A stretch of DNA of 51,779 nt from Kiritimatiellia bacterium (GTDB lineage: Bacteria; Verrucomicrobiota; Kiritimatiellia; UBA8416). The position numbers were made by a program, and so were the translations under genes. The notes under the pieces were generated by a model that was not told the DNA's origin, made no database searches, and was given only the letters and a program-made list of their open reading frames with translations. The stretch lies in contig SKVN01000054.1 in NCBI GenBank assembly GCA_007129405.1, positions 1 through 51,779 of the forward strand, given 5' to 3'. The stretch's first letter is position 1. Each line of letters starts with the position of its first letter. Below, piece by piece: positions 27,089 through 36,999 of the stretch.

Positions 27089-27211
27089 GCCGCAACATTA
27101 CCCATTCTTTGCGCCAGAAACAATCTCAAGATCGCAATGTCAGCTTGCGCACATGCCTAGCTTCATGATACATACCTCCGATTTTGAAATGAGAACATCC
27201 AGGGACACAAC

Positions 27212-29020
27212 TTGATTTTACAAACACAACGTATTCGCAATGTAGCGATTATCGCCCATGTTGATCACGGAAAAACCACTCTCGTCGATCAGCTTTTCAA
27301 ACAAAGTGGCATGTTTCGGGAAAACCAGAGCGTAGCTGAGCGCCTGATGGACTCTATGGATTTAGAGCGCGAGCGCGGTATTACGATCGCATCGAAAAAC
27401 GGTGCTTTTGCCTATCGCGATCACCATATCAACATCATCGACACACCCGGACATGCCGATTTCGGCGGCCAGGTTGAACGCGTACTTCAAATGGCTGACG
27501 GCGCACTCTTACTGGTGGATGCCCAGGAAGGCCCAATGCCGCAAACATTTTTTGTCCTGCGAAAAGCATTAGCTCTCCACTTACCCATCATCGTTGTTAT
27601 TAACAAAATGGACAAACCGGCAGCACGGCCCGTCTGGGTGCTAGATGAAGTATTTGACCTGTTTGTCAAGCTGGATGCACCGCATGATATCCTAGATTTC
27701 CATACCGTGTATGCATCGGCACGCGATGGGATAGCATCCCTTTCGCCAGAAATAAGCGGAAGCGATATGCTGCCGCTCTTAGACAGCATTATAGATCACA
27801 TCCCCTGTCCACAAGGAGACGCGGAAGGCCCGTTGCAACTACAAGTTAAAACGATTGACTACTCCCCATTTCTTGGACGCCTCGGCATCGGCAAGATCAC
27901 ATCCGGCACAGTAAAAATGAATCAAAATGCGCTAATCGCCAATCAGGAGGGGAAATCCGTACCTGCCCGCATCACCAAGATTTACCGTTTCGAAGAAAGT
28001 CGCAAAGTGGAAATTGACGCTGCAGGTGTTGGAGAAATCGTTGCTATTGCGGGGACCGATGCGGTAACGGTCGGCGACACCTACACAGACCCCGAAAATC
28101 CTTCCCCTTTACCTGCTTTACCTGTCGATCCTCCAACACTTGCCATGACATTTTTCCCGAACAATTCCCCGTTTGCCGGGAAGGAGGGAACCTATGTTAC
28201 ATCAACACATATTCGGGAACGCTTGATGCGTGAAACGCTATCGGATGTGGCCCTACATGTTAACGACCTACCGGATGGAACAGGATTTCGTGTGGCAGGA
28301 CGGGGAGAACTCCATCTCTCCATTCTTGTCGAACGAATGCGTCGAGAAGGATACGAATTCCAAGTTGGCTGTCCCGAAGTGATCACACGAAAGAAAAACG
28401 GTCAACTGCAAGAGCCGTTTGAAGAGTTAACAGTCGATGTAAGCGAAGAGTATATGGGAACGGTCATCGAGAAACTTGGATTGCGCAAAGGGACTATGCA
28501 ATCCATGCATCAAGAGGGTGATCGCGTTCGCATGGTGTATGATGTCCCCACGCGCGGACTCCTGGGCTATCGATCCGAGTTTATGTCTGACACGCGTGGC
28601 ATGGGCGTCATGTCCTATATTTTCTGCGGATACAAACCGCATGTAGGCCCCATGCGCAACCGCAAAAATGGTGTTCTTGTTTGCATGGATACTTGCACCA
28701 CCATAGCATATGCCTTGTTCAATCTACAAAACAGAGGAAAACTATTTCTGGGACCGGGCGTACCTGTATACCGAGGACAAATCATCGGTGAACATTGCCG
28801 CGAAAACGATCTAACCGTAAACCCAGCCAAAGGGAAGCAGCTCACCAATATACGTGCAGCCGGATCAGATGAAAATGTCATTCTAACCCCCGCCACCCGG
28901 TTGTCGCTCGAAGACTGCATTGCCTACATCAATGCTGATGAACGCGTTGAAGTAACCCCCGCTAATATACGGTTGAAGAAAATCAGCATCGAGAAAGCCC
29001 GCCGCTCGACATCTGGTTAA
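27212..29020 (+). CDS. typA: Translational GTPase TypA/BipA
   Basis: TTG start. Motifs AHVDHGKTT, DTPGHADF and NKMD; 602 aa. Confidence 0.95.
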   Translation: MILQTQRIRNVAIIAHVDHGKTTLVDQLFKQSGMFRENQSVAERLMDSMDLERERGITIASKNGAFAYRDHHINIIDTPGHADFGGQVERVLQMADGALLLVDAQEGPMPQTFFVLRKALALHLPIIVVINKMDKPAARPVWVLDEVFDLFVKLDAPHDILDFHTVYASARDGIASLSPEISGSDMLPLLDSIIDHIPCPQGDAEGPLQLQVKTIDYSPFLGRLGIGKITSGTVKMNQNALIANQEGKSVPARITKIYRFEESRKVEIDAAGVGEIVAIAGTDAVTVGDTYTDPENPSPLPALPVDPPTLAMTFFPNNSPFAGKEGTYVTSTHIRERLMRETLSDVALHVNDLPDGTGFRVAGRGELHLSILVERMRREGYEFQVGCPEVITRKKNGQLQEPFEELTVDVSEEYMGTVIEKLGLRKGTMQSMHQEGDRVRMVYDVPTRGLLGYRSEFMSDTRGMGVMSYIFCGYKPHVGPMRNRKNGVLVCMDTCTTIAYALFNLQNRGKLFLGPGVPVYRGQIIGEHCRENDLTVNPAKGKQLTNIRAAGSDENVILTPATRLSLEDCIAYINADERVEVTPANIRLKKISIEKARRSTSG

Positions 29021-29760
29021 TCCTGCACGCCTGCCTTTTTATCCGCCCCGACGATCGCCTGTAGAATGACAATCGTGATTTCATATAATAGAACCAGCGG
29101 CACGGCCATCAACACCATCGTAAAAGGATCCGGCGGAGTCATGAGCATCGCCAAAAAAAAGAGTGCTGTTATGGCGTAGCATCGCCCAGCACGTAATTGC
29201 GAAACCGTCACCAAACCAGCCGACCCGAGCATAACTACCAATACAGGAAGTTGAAAAGCCATGCCAAACGCAAGTAGCAAGCGTATAACAAATCGAATAT
29301 AACTCGTGACCTCCCAAAAAATGGCAGGCGTCTGCATCCAGTCTTCTACGCGCACCATGAATCGCAAGGCAACCGGAACCGTCCAGTTATATGCCATCCA
29401 ACTTCCCAAAAGAAATAACGCACAAGAAGCACCACCCAGCTTCCAAATCCACTGTTTTTCTACCCCGTACAATGCTGGCAGAAGATACGCGGCCAGAAGC
29501 ACAACGAGAAACGGCAAACTAAGTAGCAATCCACTCCAAAGACTTACGCGTAAAAAAACACTGAATCCTCCACCAACTTCCGTCACGCGCAAAACCACAT
29601 CCAACCCCGACCGCTCGAAAGGGCCCGTTAACCATTGGTACACGCGAGGGGCAAACGGGGTGGCAATAACAACGCCAAAGACAACACACAACAACATATG
29701 CAACAATAACTTCCGAAAGTCTGACAGATGTGCAGCAAAGGACTTAATGTGAGGATCCAT
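29017..29760 (-). CDS. tatC: Twin-arginine translocase subunit TatC
   Basis: Six-TM profile. Start trimmed to ATG 29760 (MDPHIKSFAAHLSDFRKLL). Overlaps tatA by 17 nt. Confidence 0.85.
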   Translation of the reverse strand: MDPHIKSFAAHLSDFRKLLLHMLLCVVFGVVIATPFAPRVYQWLTGPFERSGLDVVLRVTEVGGGFSVFLRVSLWSGLLLSLPFLVVLLAAYLLPALYGVEKQWIWKLGGASCALFLLGSWMAYNWTVPVALRFMVRVEDWMQTPAIFWEVTSYIRFVIRLLLAFGMAFQLPVLVVMLGSAGLVTVSQLRAGRCYAITALFFLAMLMTPPDPFTMVLMAVPLVLLYEITIVILQAIVGADKKAGVQD

Positions 29761-30046
29761 CGTGCTCTTTCTCTTTCTGCTGTTTGCGGGAATTTGAAAG
29801 CGCATCGCCCATATCCCCGTCGATGGCATCCTCATCCATGGAAAGCAGGTTCTGCTGAAATACGTGTGCAGCCTTACGTAGTTGCTCTACCCAATGCCCG
29901 AGTTTACGGGCAATCGCGGGTAACCGCGCTGGTCCGAATAAAATCAACATCACGGTAAAAAGCAAAAGAAGTTCCAGATAACCGACCCCACCAGAGATGA
30001 GAGCTACCGGGAACTCCAAACTGGGCATGAAATACCCCATCGTCAA
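29744..30046 (-). CDS. tatA: Twin-arginine translocase TatA/TatB-family protein
   Basis: ELLLLFTVMLILFGPARLP followed by an amphipathic helix. Alternative starts at 30040 and 30028 are possible. Confidence 0.75.
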   Translation of the reverse strand: MTMGYFMPSLEFPVALISGGVGYLELLLLFTVMLILFGPARLPAIARKLGHWVEQLRKAAHVFQQNLLSMDEDAIDGDMGDALSNSRKQQKEKEHDGSSH

Positions 30047-30055
30047 TATCGATTC

Positions 30056-30583
30056 CTATGGACGGAAAAGTAAAAATTCCCCTCGACGGTTAAGCGCCCA
30101 CGCCGCTTCGGTGCTGCGAGGATCCACAGGTTGTTCCGAACCAAAACTGCGGGTGTGAATACGATCTCCGGAAACACCCATCGAAATAAGGACAGCACGT
30201 ACAGACAGAGCCCGGTGTTCTCCCAGCGATAAGTTGTACTCCCGGCTTCCCCGCTCATCACAGTGTCCGTCAATCAAAACCGTAACCTCGGGGTTATCAA
30301 GCATAAAGTCTGCCACCTCTTGAATTTTACGGCGCTCGGAAGCAGGAATTTGAAAGCTATCAAAACCGAAGAGTACGTTCTCGAACGCAACATCTTGAAT
30401 TTGCTGCCCGAATTCTCCCCGTGGTCCCAAGGCATACGTTCCATCCCAACGCGAGGGATCTAAATCATCTCCATTCACCACACCACGCCTCGACTGGCGC
30501 GAACGACATCCAACCCCGAGCCCCAAAACCAAAATCAACCCTAGCGACAACGCGAAACGAACATTCAATATTGTTTTCATCAT
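30056..30583 (-). CDS. pal: Peptidoglycan-associated lipoprotein (OmpA-like domain)
   Basis: Lipobox LGVGC. GHCDERGSREYNLSLGEHRA OmpA_C motif. Confidence 0.85.
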   Translation of the reverse strand: MMKTILNVRFALSLGLILVLGLGVGCRSRQSRRGVVNGDDLDPSRWDGTYALGPRGEFGQQIQDVAFENVLFGFDSFQIPASERRKIQEVADFMLDNPEVTVLIDGHCDERGSREYNLSLGEHRALSVRAVLISMGVSGDRIHTRSFGSEQPVDPRSTEAAWALNRRGEFLLFRP

Positions 30584-30622
30584 GACGTACTGCTCTCCTT
30601 AACTTTCTCTTTAACTACCCAT

Positions 30623-31825
30623 TCATAAATTCGACCAAGTTGGAAAATACCAATCTCCGGGGCGCGTTGTCAAACGTATCTGACCGTTTGTTCGCGTGTC
30701 AAGAATGTACAACGCTGATATACGACCATCGCGACGCGCGTATACCACATGCCTACCATCCCGTGCCCAGGATGGGTTTTCGTGATCCACGGGTGCATCC
30801 GTAATCACCGTTTCAGCACCGGTACGAGGATCGTAGACCACAAGCTGAAACCGCCCCCGACGACGACTGCTGTATATAAGCCGGCCATCCGGCCCCCAGT
30901 CGGGGGTAACATTTTGGCTCCCACCACGTGATATACGTTGTGGACGACCACCATCGCTCGAAACCACAAACACATGCGGCCCACCCTGCATGTCGGACAC
31001 AAATGCAAGTTGCCGACCATCCGGACTCCATACAGGGCTTGCCTCTGCGTGATGTGGCGTACGCGTAATCCGAGTCAAAGTCCCATCCCGCTTCTCTCGA
31101 ATATAGACTTCAGGGTTGCCATCGCGAGAAAGAATTAGCGCCAGCCTTCGTCCATCTGGCGAAACCGATGCTCCCGCATTAATGCCCGCCTCCCGCGAAA
31201 CCACCGAACGACGCCCTGCATCAAGATCCACGCGATACACATCCGGGAATCCCCGCACAAAAGATGTATAGAACAGCACATTTTCCTTTGGGTGCCATGT
31301 CGGCCGAAAACTCGGCACGCCGTCACTCGTTAACTGCATCATGTCCTGACCATCGGCACCGATTGTGTACAGGTCTTGCCGACCATCGACAGAGCCAATA
31401 AATGCGATACGCGTAGAGGCCACACCGGGAACACCGTGAATCGCCTCGGTCACACCATCAACAACCCGTAACGCGACCCTGCGTGCTTCAGGGGCATCTT
31501 CCCGAAAACGCTGCCTGTACACAGCACGTCCCGTACGCGTATCCACAGCCTCCACCTGCACGACAAACGATCTGGCTGTGGTGCGGGCACTCCCCCGCAA
31601 AACATAACTCGTCCGGGCAGAATCAGTAACCCGAAACCATCCCCAGCGGTTCAGGTTTTCGCGCAGCACCGCCCGAAAGACTTCCGAGGCCTCGTCTTGG
31701 CTAAAATCAAATGCCTGTAGCCCTATCGGAACGGCCTGATCTCGTCCCTCGCCAACAACACGAATATCAACCGCATGCGTAGAAGTAATACCCAATAAAC
31801 ACAAAAAAAATGTTGCACGTATCAA
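30623..31825 (-). CDS. tolB: TolB-like periplasmic beta-propeller protein
   Basis: TTG start and signal peptide. Repeated P(D/V)WSPDG(R)xLA(F) blades. Confidence 0.8.
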   Translation of the reverse strand: MIRATFFLCLLGITSTHAVDIRVVGEGRDQAVPIGLQAFDFSQDEASEVFRAVLRENLNRWGWFRVTDSARTSYVLRGSARTTARSFVVQVEAVDTRTGRAVYRQRFREDAPEARRVALRVVDGVTEAIHGVPGVASTRIAFIGSVDGRQDLYTIGADGQDMMQLTSDGVPSFRPTWHPKENVLFYTSFVRGFPDVYRVDLDAGRRSVVSREAGINAGASVSPDGRRLALILSRDGNPEVYIREKRDGTLTRITRTPHHAEASPVWSPDGRQLAFVSDMQGGPHVFVVSSDGGRPQRISRGGSQNVTPDWGPDGRLIYSSRRRGRFQLVVYDPRTGAETVITDAPVDHENPSWARDGRHVVYARRDGRISALYILDTRTNGQIRLTTRPGDWYFPTWSNL

Positions 31826-32018
31826 AAAATATTCCTTTCTCGTTTCCCAACAAGGAATGCTGTCATGGAAAGAATGGTAAGCAAGACAAAAAACACGTAC
31901 TATTGTAAAAAACCATAGTAAAAATTCGTTTGAAACTGTAGCGGTTATAAAATATGCTCACAAGTCTAGTTTTTTCACAAACAGAGCGATTTCTTGAGAT
32001 CACCGGGGAGGTAGCGTA

Positions 32019-33068
32019 GTGCCCAAAAAATCTGCAACATATATCAAATGGCAATTACCTATGCAACGCGTACTATACGCACTGGTGCCGATCATCATTT
32101 CCAGTGTTTACTTCTATGGATGGAGATCCTTGTTAATGGTTGTAGTTGCAAATGCCACAGCCTTTGCCGCCGAATACAGCTTTACGAAAAAGGACAAACA
32201 ACCCTGTACTTCAGCGGCCTTTGTTACCGGAACCCTTTTCGCTTTGGGCCTACCACCATTACTCCCCATGTGGATCGTTGTCATGGGTTCCGCCTTCGGT
32301 ATCGTATTTGGCAAAATGGTTTTTGGCGGTTTTGGCAAAAACGTCTTCAATCCAGCCCTCACGGGGCGTGCTTTCATTTATATCAGCTTCGGCGATTGGA
32401 TGACGGCCCGCGGTTGGACCCACGCTATACCCGGCATGCAGGGACGCGGACTCTTCCCCGGCGGATTTGCTGCATGGACAGCAGAGCATCGTTTCGGAAG
32501 TGACACCGTCACACAGGCCACACCAGGATCTTGGCTGACATGGAAGGAAGAAATGTTACAGGAGCGTTTGGATGCAACACTGACTGAAGCCCAAATGATG
32601 GCAGAGTACTTCCCGTGGAGAAGCCTGTTCCTCGGCAACACGGCCGGTGTCATAGGCGGAACCAGCGCGCTGCTCGTCATCGCTGGCGGCTTATACCTCC
32701 TGTACACCAAAACTGCCAATTATCGCATCGTGGTAACGGCCATTGTTGGTTACCTTATTTCGCAGTCAATCTTGCATTATACAGGGGCAGTCTCCAGCAC
32801 AGGAACCATCGCCGCCGCGCCCCAACATGCCTTATTTGCCGGCAGCGTACTATTCGCCGTATTCTTTTATGCAACGGACCCCGTCTCTGCCCCCAAAACC
32901 AATGAGGCGCGCTGGATGTATGGATCCTTCATTGGATTACTATATCCTGTACTGACGACATTCTCCGTGTGGCCTGCCGCCGCACAATTCTGTATCCTCT
33001 TGGCGAATATGTTCTCTCCGATAACAGACTATGCCGTCAACAGTGTGAAAGGGAGCAAAAAGAAATAA
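32019..33068 (+). CDS. nqrB: Na+-translocating NADH:quinone oxidoreductase subunit B (RnfD homologue)
   Basis: GTG start 7 nt after GGGGAGG. Polytopic. Flavinylation-type motif DTVTQAT. Confidence 0.8.
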   Translation: MPKKSATYIKWQLPMQRVLYALVPIIISSVYFYGWRSLLMVVVANATAFAAEYSFTKKDKQPCTSAAFVTGTLFALGLPPLLPMWIVVMGSAFGIVFGKMVFGGFGKNVFNPALTGRAFIYISFGDWMTARGWTHAIPGMQGRGLFPGGFAAWTAEHRFGSDTVTQATPGSWLTWKEEMLQERLDATLTEAQMMAEYFPWRSLFLGNTAGVIGGTSALLVIAGGLYLLYTKTANYRIVVTAIVGYLISQSILHYTGAVSSTGTIAAAPQHALFAGSVLFAVFFYATDPVSAPKTNEARWMYGSFIGLLYPVLTTFSVWPAAAQFCILLANMFSPITDYAVNSVKGSKKK

Positions 33069-33694
33069 TGAAAACCGATTTACTGAAAGAACGCATTTTC
33101 ACGGTTTTTTTTATGGTAGCTGTTACATTTGTGGCAATCACCCTAGTTGGTATCATTGACATTGTTACGGCCGAAAGTGTTGAACGTAACCGCGGTTTGT
33201 TTTTACGGCAGGCAGTAGCAGATGCGTTCGGCATCACGCAGCATGATTCCGTCCAAGACTTGCTCGACTGGTATGACGAATATGTGACAGAAGTGCGCGA
33301 TGAAAATGGTGCCCCGGATCACTTCTGGGTCAGCAATGAAGCAGGTGAAGAAAACCTGGTGCTTGTGTACCGTGGCTCTGGTCTCTGGGGTGGCATCACG
33401 GCTTTTGTAGGATTTGAAGCCGATGGAAAGACCATCCGTGGTGTCAATTTTCAAGACCACGTCGAGACCCCCGGCCTGGGGGCACGAATCGACGAACGCT
33501 GGTTTCGAGGGCAATTCGTCGGAAAATCAGGCCGATTCAAAGAATTACGCCCAGAACCCTCCGACAAAGACAATATAACAGGCGATAACAATGCGTTTCA
33601 CCAAGTAACGGGCGCAACCATAACGTCCACCTCTGTCCGTGACATTATGAATCAAAGCCTTGAAAAAGCAAAAACATTATTCAGCGAACGCTAA
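33068..33694 (+). CDS. nqrC: Na+-NQR subunit C (RnfG homologue, FMN-binding)
   Basis: N-terminal anchor. FMN attachment motif QVTGATITS. TAATG overlap with nqrB. Confidence 0.8.
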   Translation: MKTDLLKERIFTVFFMVAVTFVAITLVGIIDIVTAESVERNRGLFLRQAVADAFGITQHDSVQDLLDWYDEYVTEVRDENGAPDHFWVSNEAGEENLVLVYRGSGLWGGITAFVGFEADGKTIRGVNFQDHVETPGLGARIDERWFRGQFVGKSGRFKELRPEPSDKDNITGDNNAFHQVTGATITSTSVRDIMNQSLEKAKTLFSER

Positions 33695-33709
33695 GGGAGA
33701 TACACAGCC

Positions 33710-34330
33710 ATGGCCGCCGGCAAAATAAAAAAACAATTCATTCTCAGCGCGGGGAAAGACAACCCGGTCTTCGCGCAAATTCTTGGGATATGCTCTACGC
33801 TTGCGGTAACAAATGTCATTCAAAATACCGTAGTTATGTGCCTAGGCGTCATCTTCACGCTTGCTTGTTCCAATGTGACTGTTTCCCTGATTCGCAAATG
33901 GATTCCCGGCTCCATTCGTATGATGGTTGAAACGCTGATTATTGCTGCCTACGTGATTATCGTGGATATCGTCATACAAGCCACCTTGCCGGGAGTATCC
34001 CGTCAGCTCGGACCGTATGTAGGCCTAATCATCACCAACTGTATTATCATGGGACGCGCCGAGGCCTATGCCCTTAACAATCCCCCATTCCCCTCTCTCA
34101 TCGATGGTATTGCTTCCGGCATCGGCTATTCCTACGTGCTGCTGATCATCGCCGTATTTCGAGAAATTACCGGATCAGCAACATTCTGGGGATATCCCAT
34201 CCCTTGGTTCAGTGACTGGTGGACCAACTGGTCGATCATGGTCATGGCACCAGGCGCGTTCTTTGCTCTCGCTATCTTGATTTGGATTATCAAAACATAC
34301 ATTGTTCCCGAAGATCCCGGAGGTAAATAA
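33710..34330 (+). CDS. nqrD: Na+-NQR subunit D
   Basis: [18 protein letters not shown] and [15 protein letters not shown] are close to Vibrio NqrD. Confidence 0.9.
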   Translation: MAAGKIKKQFILSAGKDNPVFAQILGICSTLAVTNVIQNTVVMCLGVIFTLACSNVTVSLIRKWIPGSIRMMVETLIIAAYVIIVDIVIQATLPGVSRQLGPYVGLIITNCIIMGRAEAYALNNPPFPSLIDGIASGIGYSYVLLIIAVFREITGSATFWGYPIPWFSDWWTNWSIMVMAPGAFFALAILIWIIKTYIVPEDPGGK

Positions 34331-34923
34331 TGCAGGAAATGACCGGACTGATCGCAATCTTTTTTGCCGCTATTTTTACGAATAATATTCTGCTGACCAA
34401 CTATTTGGGAATGTGTTCCTTTCTGGGGGTATCCAAGGAAGTAAAAACGTCACTTGGACTGGGAGCCGCCGTAGTCTTCGTTATGACGGCAACCTCGGTT
34501 CTGAACTGGCTGGTTTATTATTACGTGCTCGTTCCCCTAAACCTACAGAACTTCCGCTTCATCGTTTTTATTATCGTCATTGCTGCTTTCGTACAAATCG
34601 TCGAAATGATTATCGAGCGTATTTCGGAACCCTTATATAATGCACTAGGTATCTTTCTGCCTCTAATCACCGTAAATTGTGCCATTCTGGGCGTGAGCCT
34701 TTTCATGCTTATCCGTGAGTATACATTTGCGGAATCCTTCTTTTATGGAATCGGTAGTGGCATTGGTTGGATGCTTGCTATTCTTGCAATGGCCGGCATT
34801 CGCCAGAATATGAAACGCTCCAAAATTCCCAAAGGCCTGGAAGGCGCTGGCATAACCCTGATTATTGCTGGCATTATGGCACTCGCTTTCATGGGATTTT
34901 CCGGTGTTCTAAATATTCAATAA
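34330..34923 (+). CDS. nqrE: Na+-NQR subunit E
   Basis: [18 protein letters not shown] and [12 protein letters not shown]. Confidence 0.9.
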   Translation: MQEMTGLIAIFFAAIFTNNILLTNYLGMCSFLGVSKEVKTSLGLGAAVVFVMTATSVLNWLVYYYVLVPLNLQNFRFIVFIIVIAAFVQIVEMIIERISEPLYNALGIFLPLITVNCAILGVSLFMLIREYTFAESFFYGIGSGIGWMLAILAMAGIRQNMKRSKIPKGLEGAGITLIIAGIMALAFMGFSGVLNIQ

Positions 34924-34992
34924 TGCGAACGAATGGACCGTGTAAAATCGAGCACCCCGGAATGATAAGGTGCAAAAAAAAGGAATAACAAC

Positions 34993-36099
34993 ATGCTTCT
35001 TGGTTTGGTCGTAAGTGTTGGCGCCATGTGTGGAATATCTACCGTGCTGGCACTTATCATGGTAGCGGCAGAATCCACCATTGGCAATTATGGTGACGTA
35101 AAAATCTCGATCAATGATGGCGAAAAAGAAATTGATGCGCGTGGCGGGAAGCCGCTTCTAACCACATTGAAAGAGGGCAAAGTTTTTATACCCTCTGCAT
35201 GCGGTGGGCGCGGATCTTGCGGACTTTGTAAATGCAAAGTAAAAGCCGGAGCCGGTGACGTATTGCCAACCGAGCTTCCGTGGCTTTCAGATGAAGAACG
35301 CGAAAACCAGGTACGCCTTTCCTGCCAACTCAAAGTAAAGGCCGATATGCAGGTTGAAATCGATCCGGAACTTCTCTATGTGCGCGAATTTAGAACCACG
35401 GTTGTAGGTCTTGATACGTTAACGCATGATATTAAGCAGCTCAGACTCAAACTCGAAGACCCCGACACCATGGAATACAAGGCGGGCCAATTCGTGCAAA
35501 TCGAAACGCCAGAGTACGCATTGACCGATGAACCCGTATACCGTGCATACTCGATGTCATCCGTTCCATCAGATCAAAATGAAATTGAAATGGAAATTCG
35601 TCTCGTACCAGATGGGATTTGCACAACCTATGTTCATCATCATCTGAAGGTGGGGGACACGATGATTGTGAATGGACCCTATGGCGACTTCAAGCTCTCC
35701 GACACCGACAAGGAAATGATCTGTATTGCCGGTGGCTCTGGGATGGCACCCCTAAAATCGATCCTATATGATATGCGGGAAAAGGATAGCAAGCGCAAAG
35801 CAACCTATTTCTTTGGCGCAAAATCCAAGCGCGATCTCTTCTTGCTAGACGAAATGAAACAGCTTGAAAACGATCTCCCTGCATTCAAATTTGTCCCGGC
35901 CCTCTCCGAGCCACAACCCGAAGATGATTGGAGCGGCGAAACAGGCTTGATTACAGAAGTTGTCGATCGTTTTACAGGTGATCTGGCAAATGCAGAAGCA
36001 TATCTTTGCGGCAGCCCTTTAATGATTGACGCTTGCATCGTTGTGCTCAAAAATCATGGCATGCCGGAAGAAAGCATATTCTACGACAAATTTGCCTGA
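34993..36099 (+). CDS. nqrF: Na+-NQR subunit F (2Fe-2S ferredoxin plus FAD/NADH-binding FNR-like module)
   Basis: N-terminal TM helix. CGGRGSCGLCKC cluster motif, RAYSMSS FAD motif, and GGSGMAP NAD(P)H motif. Confidence 0.9.
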   Translation: MLLGLVVSVGAMCGISTVLALIMVAAESTIGNYGDVKISINDGEKEIDARGGKPLLTTLKEGKVFIPSACGGRGSCGLCKCKVKAGAGDVLPTELPWLSDEERENQVRLSCQLKVKADMQVEIDPELLYVREFRTTVVGLDTLTHDIKQLRLKLEDPDTMEYKAGQFVQIETPEYALTDEPVYRAYSMSSVPSDQNEIEMEIRLVPDGICTTYVHHHLKVGDTMIVNGPYGDFKLSDTDKEMICIAGGSGMAPLKSILYDMREKDSKRKATYFFGAKSKRDLFLLDEMKQLENDLPAFKFVPALSEPQPEDDWSGETGLITEVVDRFTGDLANAEAYLCGSPLMIDACIVVLKNHGMPEESIFYDKFA

Positions 36100-36116
36100 T
36101 CCCAGGAGACGACATT

Positions 36117-36626
36117 ATGAAACAAACACCAGAACTTGATCGTTATCAGCATAACATGCGACCTGGGTGCATTACGCTCAAAGGTTTTTTGGGCAGTGAC
36201 CGACGTTGCTTAACTGAAATCTTGATAGACGACGACGCTGAAGTCAATCGCCTTGGCACAACCCATGAAACCATCGCGACACGCATGCAAGCATTACGTG
36301 ACGCGGGAACGGCGGGCCTGGGAGAACCGATTACGATCGACAACAAGTATGAAGTGCGTGTCGACGATGTCCGCGGCAAATTAGCCTGTCCATTTGAAGA
36401 CACCGTGGTTCAGAAGACCTTTATTCAGGTCAAAAACACGGACATCAACGAAACCCTAACCTACACCGATTTACACATCCACATGATAAAAGAGCATGGG
36501 TTTTACGAAGGGCATGGCTCGGGCTTCCGGCTTCCTCCCGCTGATCTTGTGAAAATTCTTGATGTACCGCCTTGCGCGGGCGAAGACACTGCTAACCATA
36601 TCCAAACCGCAAACGAAGCAAGCTAA
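36117..36626 (+). CDS. Conserved-looking soluble protein of unknown function, 169 aa, coupled to nqrF
   Basis: ATG 36117 lies 8 nt after CAGGAGA and 17 nt after the nqrF stop. No TM segment. I recognise no family. Confidence 0.5.
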   Translation: MKQTPELDRYQHNMRPGCITLKGFLGSDRRCLTEILIDDDAEVNRLGTTHETIATRMQALRDAGTAGLGEPITIDNKYEVRVDDVRGKLACPFEDTVVQKTFIQVKNTDINETLTYTDLHIHMIKEHGFYEGHGSGFRLPPADLVKILDVPPCAGEDTANHIQTANEAS

Positions 36627-36715
36627 CCGCTTCATAACAAAACAGTTGCCTTATTTCACTTTTTCAGCATAATGCGTATCCATGTTACTCATAAACAATT
36701 CATCCTTTAAGAGCT

Positions 36716-36985
36716 ATGACGTTACATGAATTTATTGCATTACAAATGCGAGAAATAGATCGGCACAAGTGGATCGAATCCCAGAAAGCAGGGCGTGATC
36801 TTGGGGAAGACGCCGTTTTTGACTGGGTTCTAAATTATGCCGAAGACTTCAGAAGATACATACTCGAAGTACTGGGCGAGCAAGTTGTGTATCCCAACGG
36901 CAAGGTAGCGCCGCCAATGGATATTACCGGAAACTACCATTTACGAGACCTCGCGTTCGTGCAAAGTAAAAGATGCACGCGCTAA
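36716..36985 (+). CDS. Small hypothetical protein (89 aa) with HKWIESQKAGRDLGE motif
   Basis: ORF only; coding-like composition. Family not recognised. Confidence 0.4.
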   Translation: MTLHEFIALQMREIDRHKWIESQKAGRDLGEDAVFDWVLNYAEDFRRYILEVLGEQVVYPNGKVAPPMDITGNYHLRDLAFVQSKRCTR

Positions 36986-36999
36986 TTCACGTATACACC

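Noticed and set aside
29017-29020. typA and tatC stop codons overlap (TTAA) with no intergenic terminator
   Set aside because: The observation is real, but overlapping convergent stops occur commonly in compact genomes. I see no further signal.
34940-34990. GCACC-n12-GGTGC hairpin followed by an A-run between nqrE and nqrF
   Set aside because: The stem is only 5 bp and is followed by A rather than T on the transcribed strand, so it is unlikely to be a terminator or attenuator.
32019-36099. Rnf complex instead of Na+-NQR
   Set aside because: No RnfC or RnfB-type polyferredoxin genes are present. The last gene is NqrF-type (2Fe-2S + FNR module), and D/E are close to Vibrio NqrD/E. The Rnf-like sizes of B and C are reported as a finding instead.
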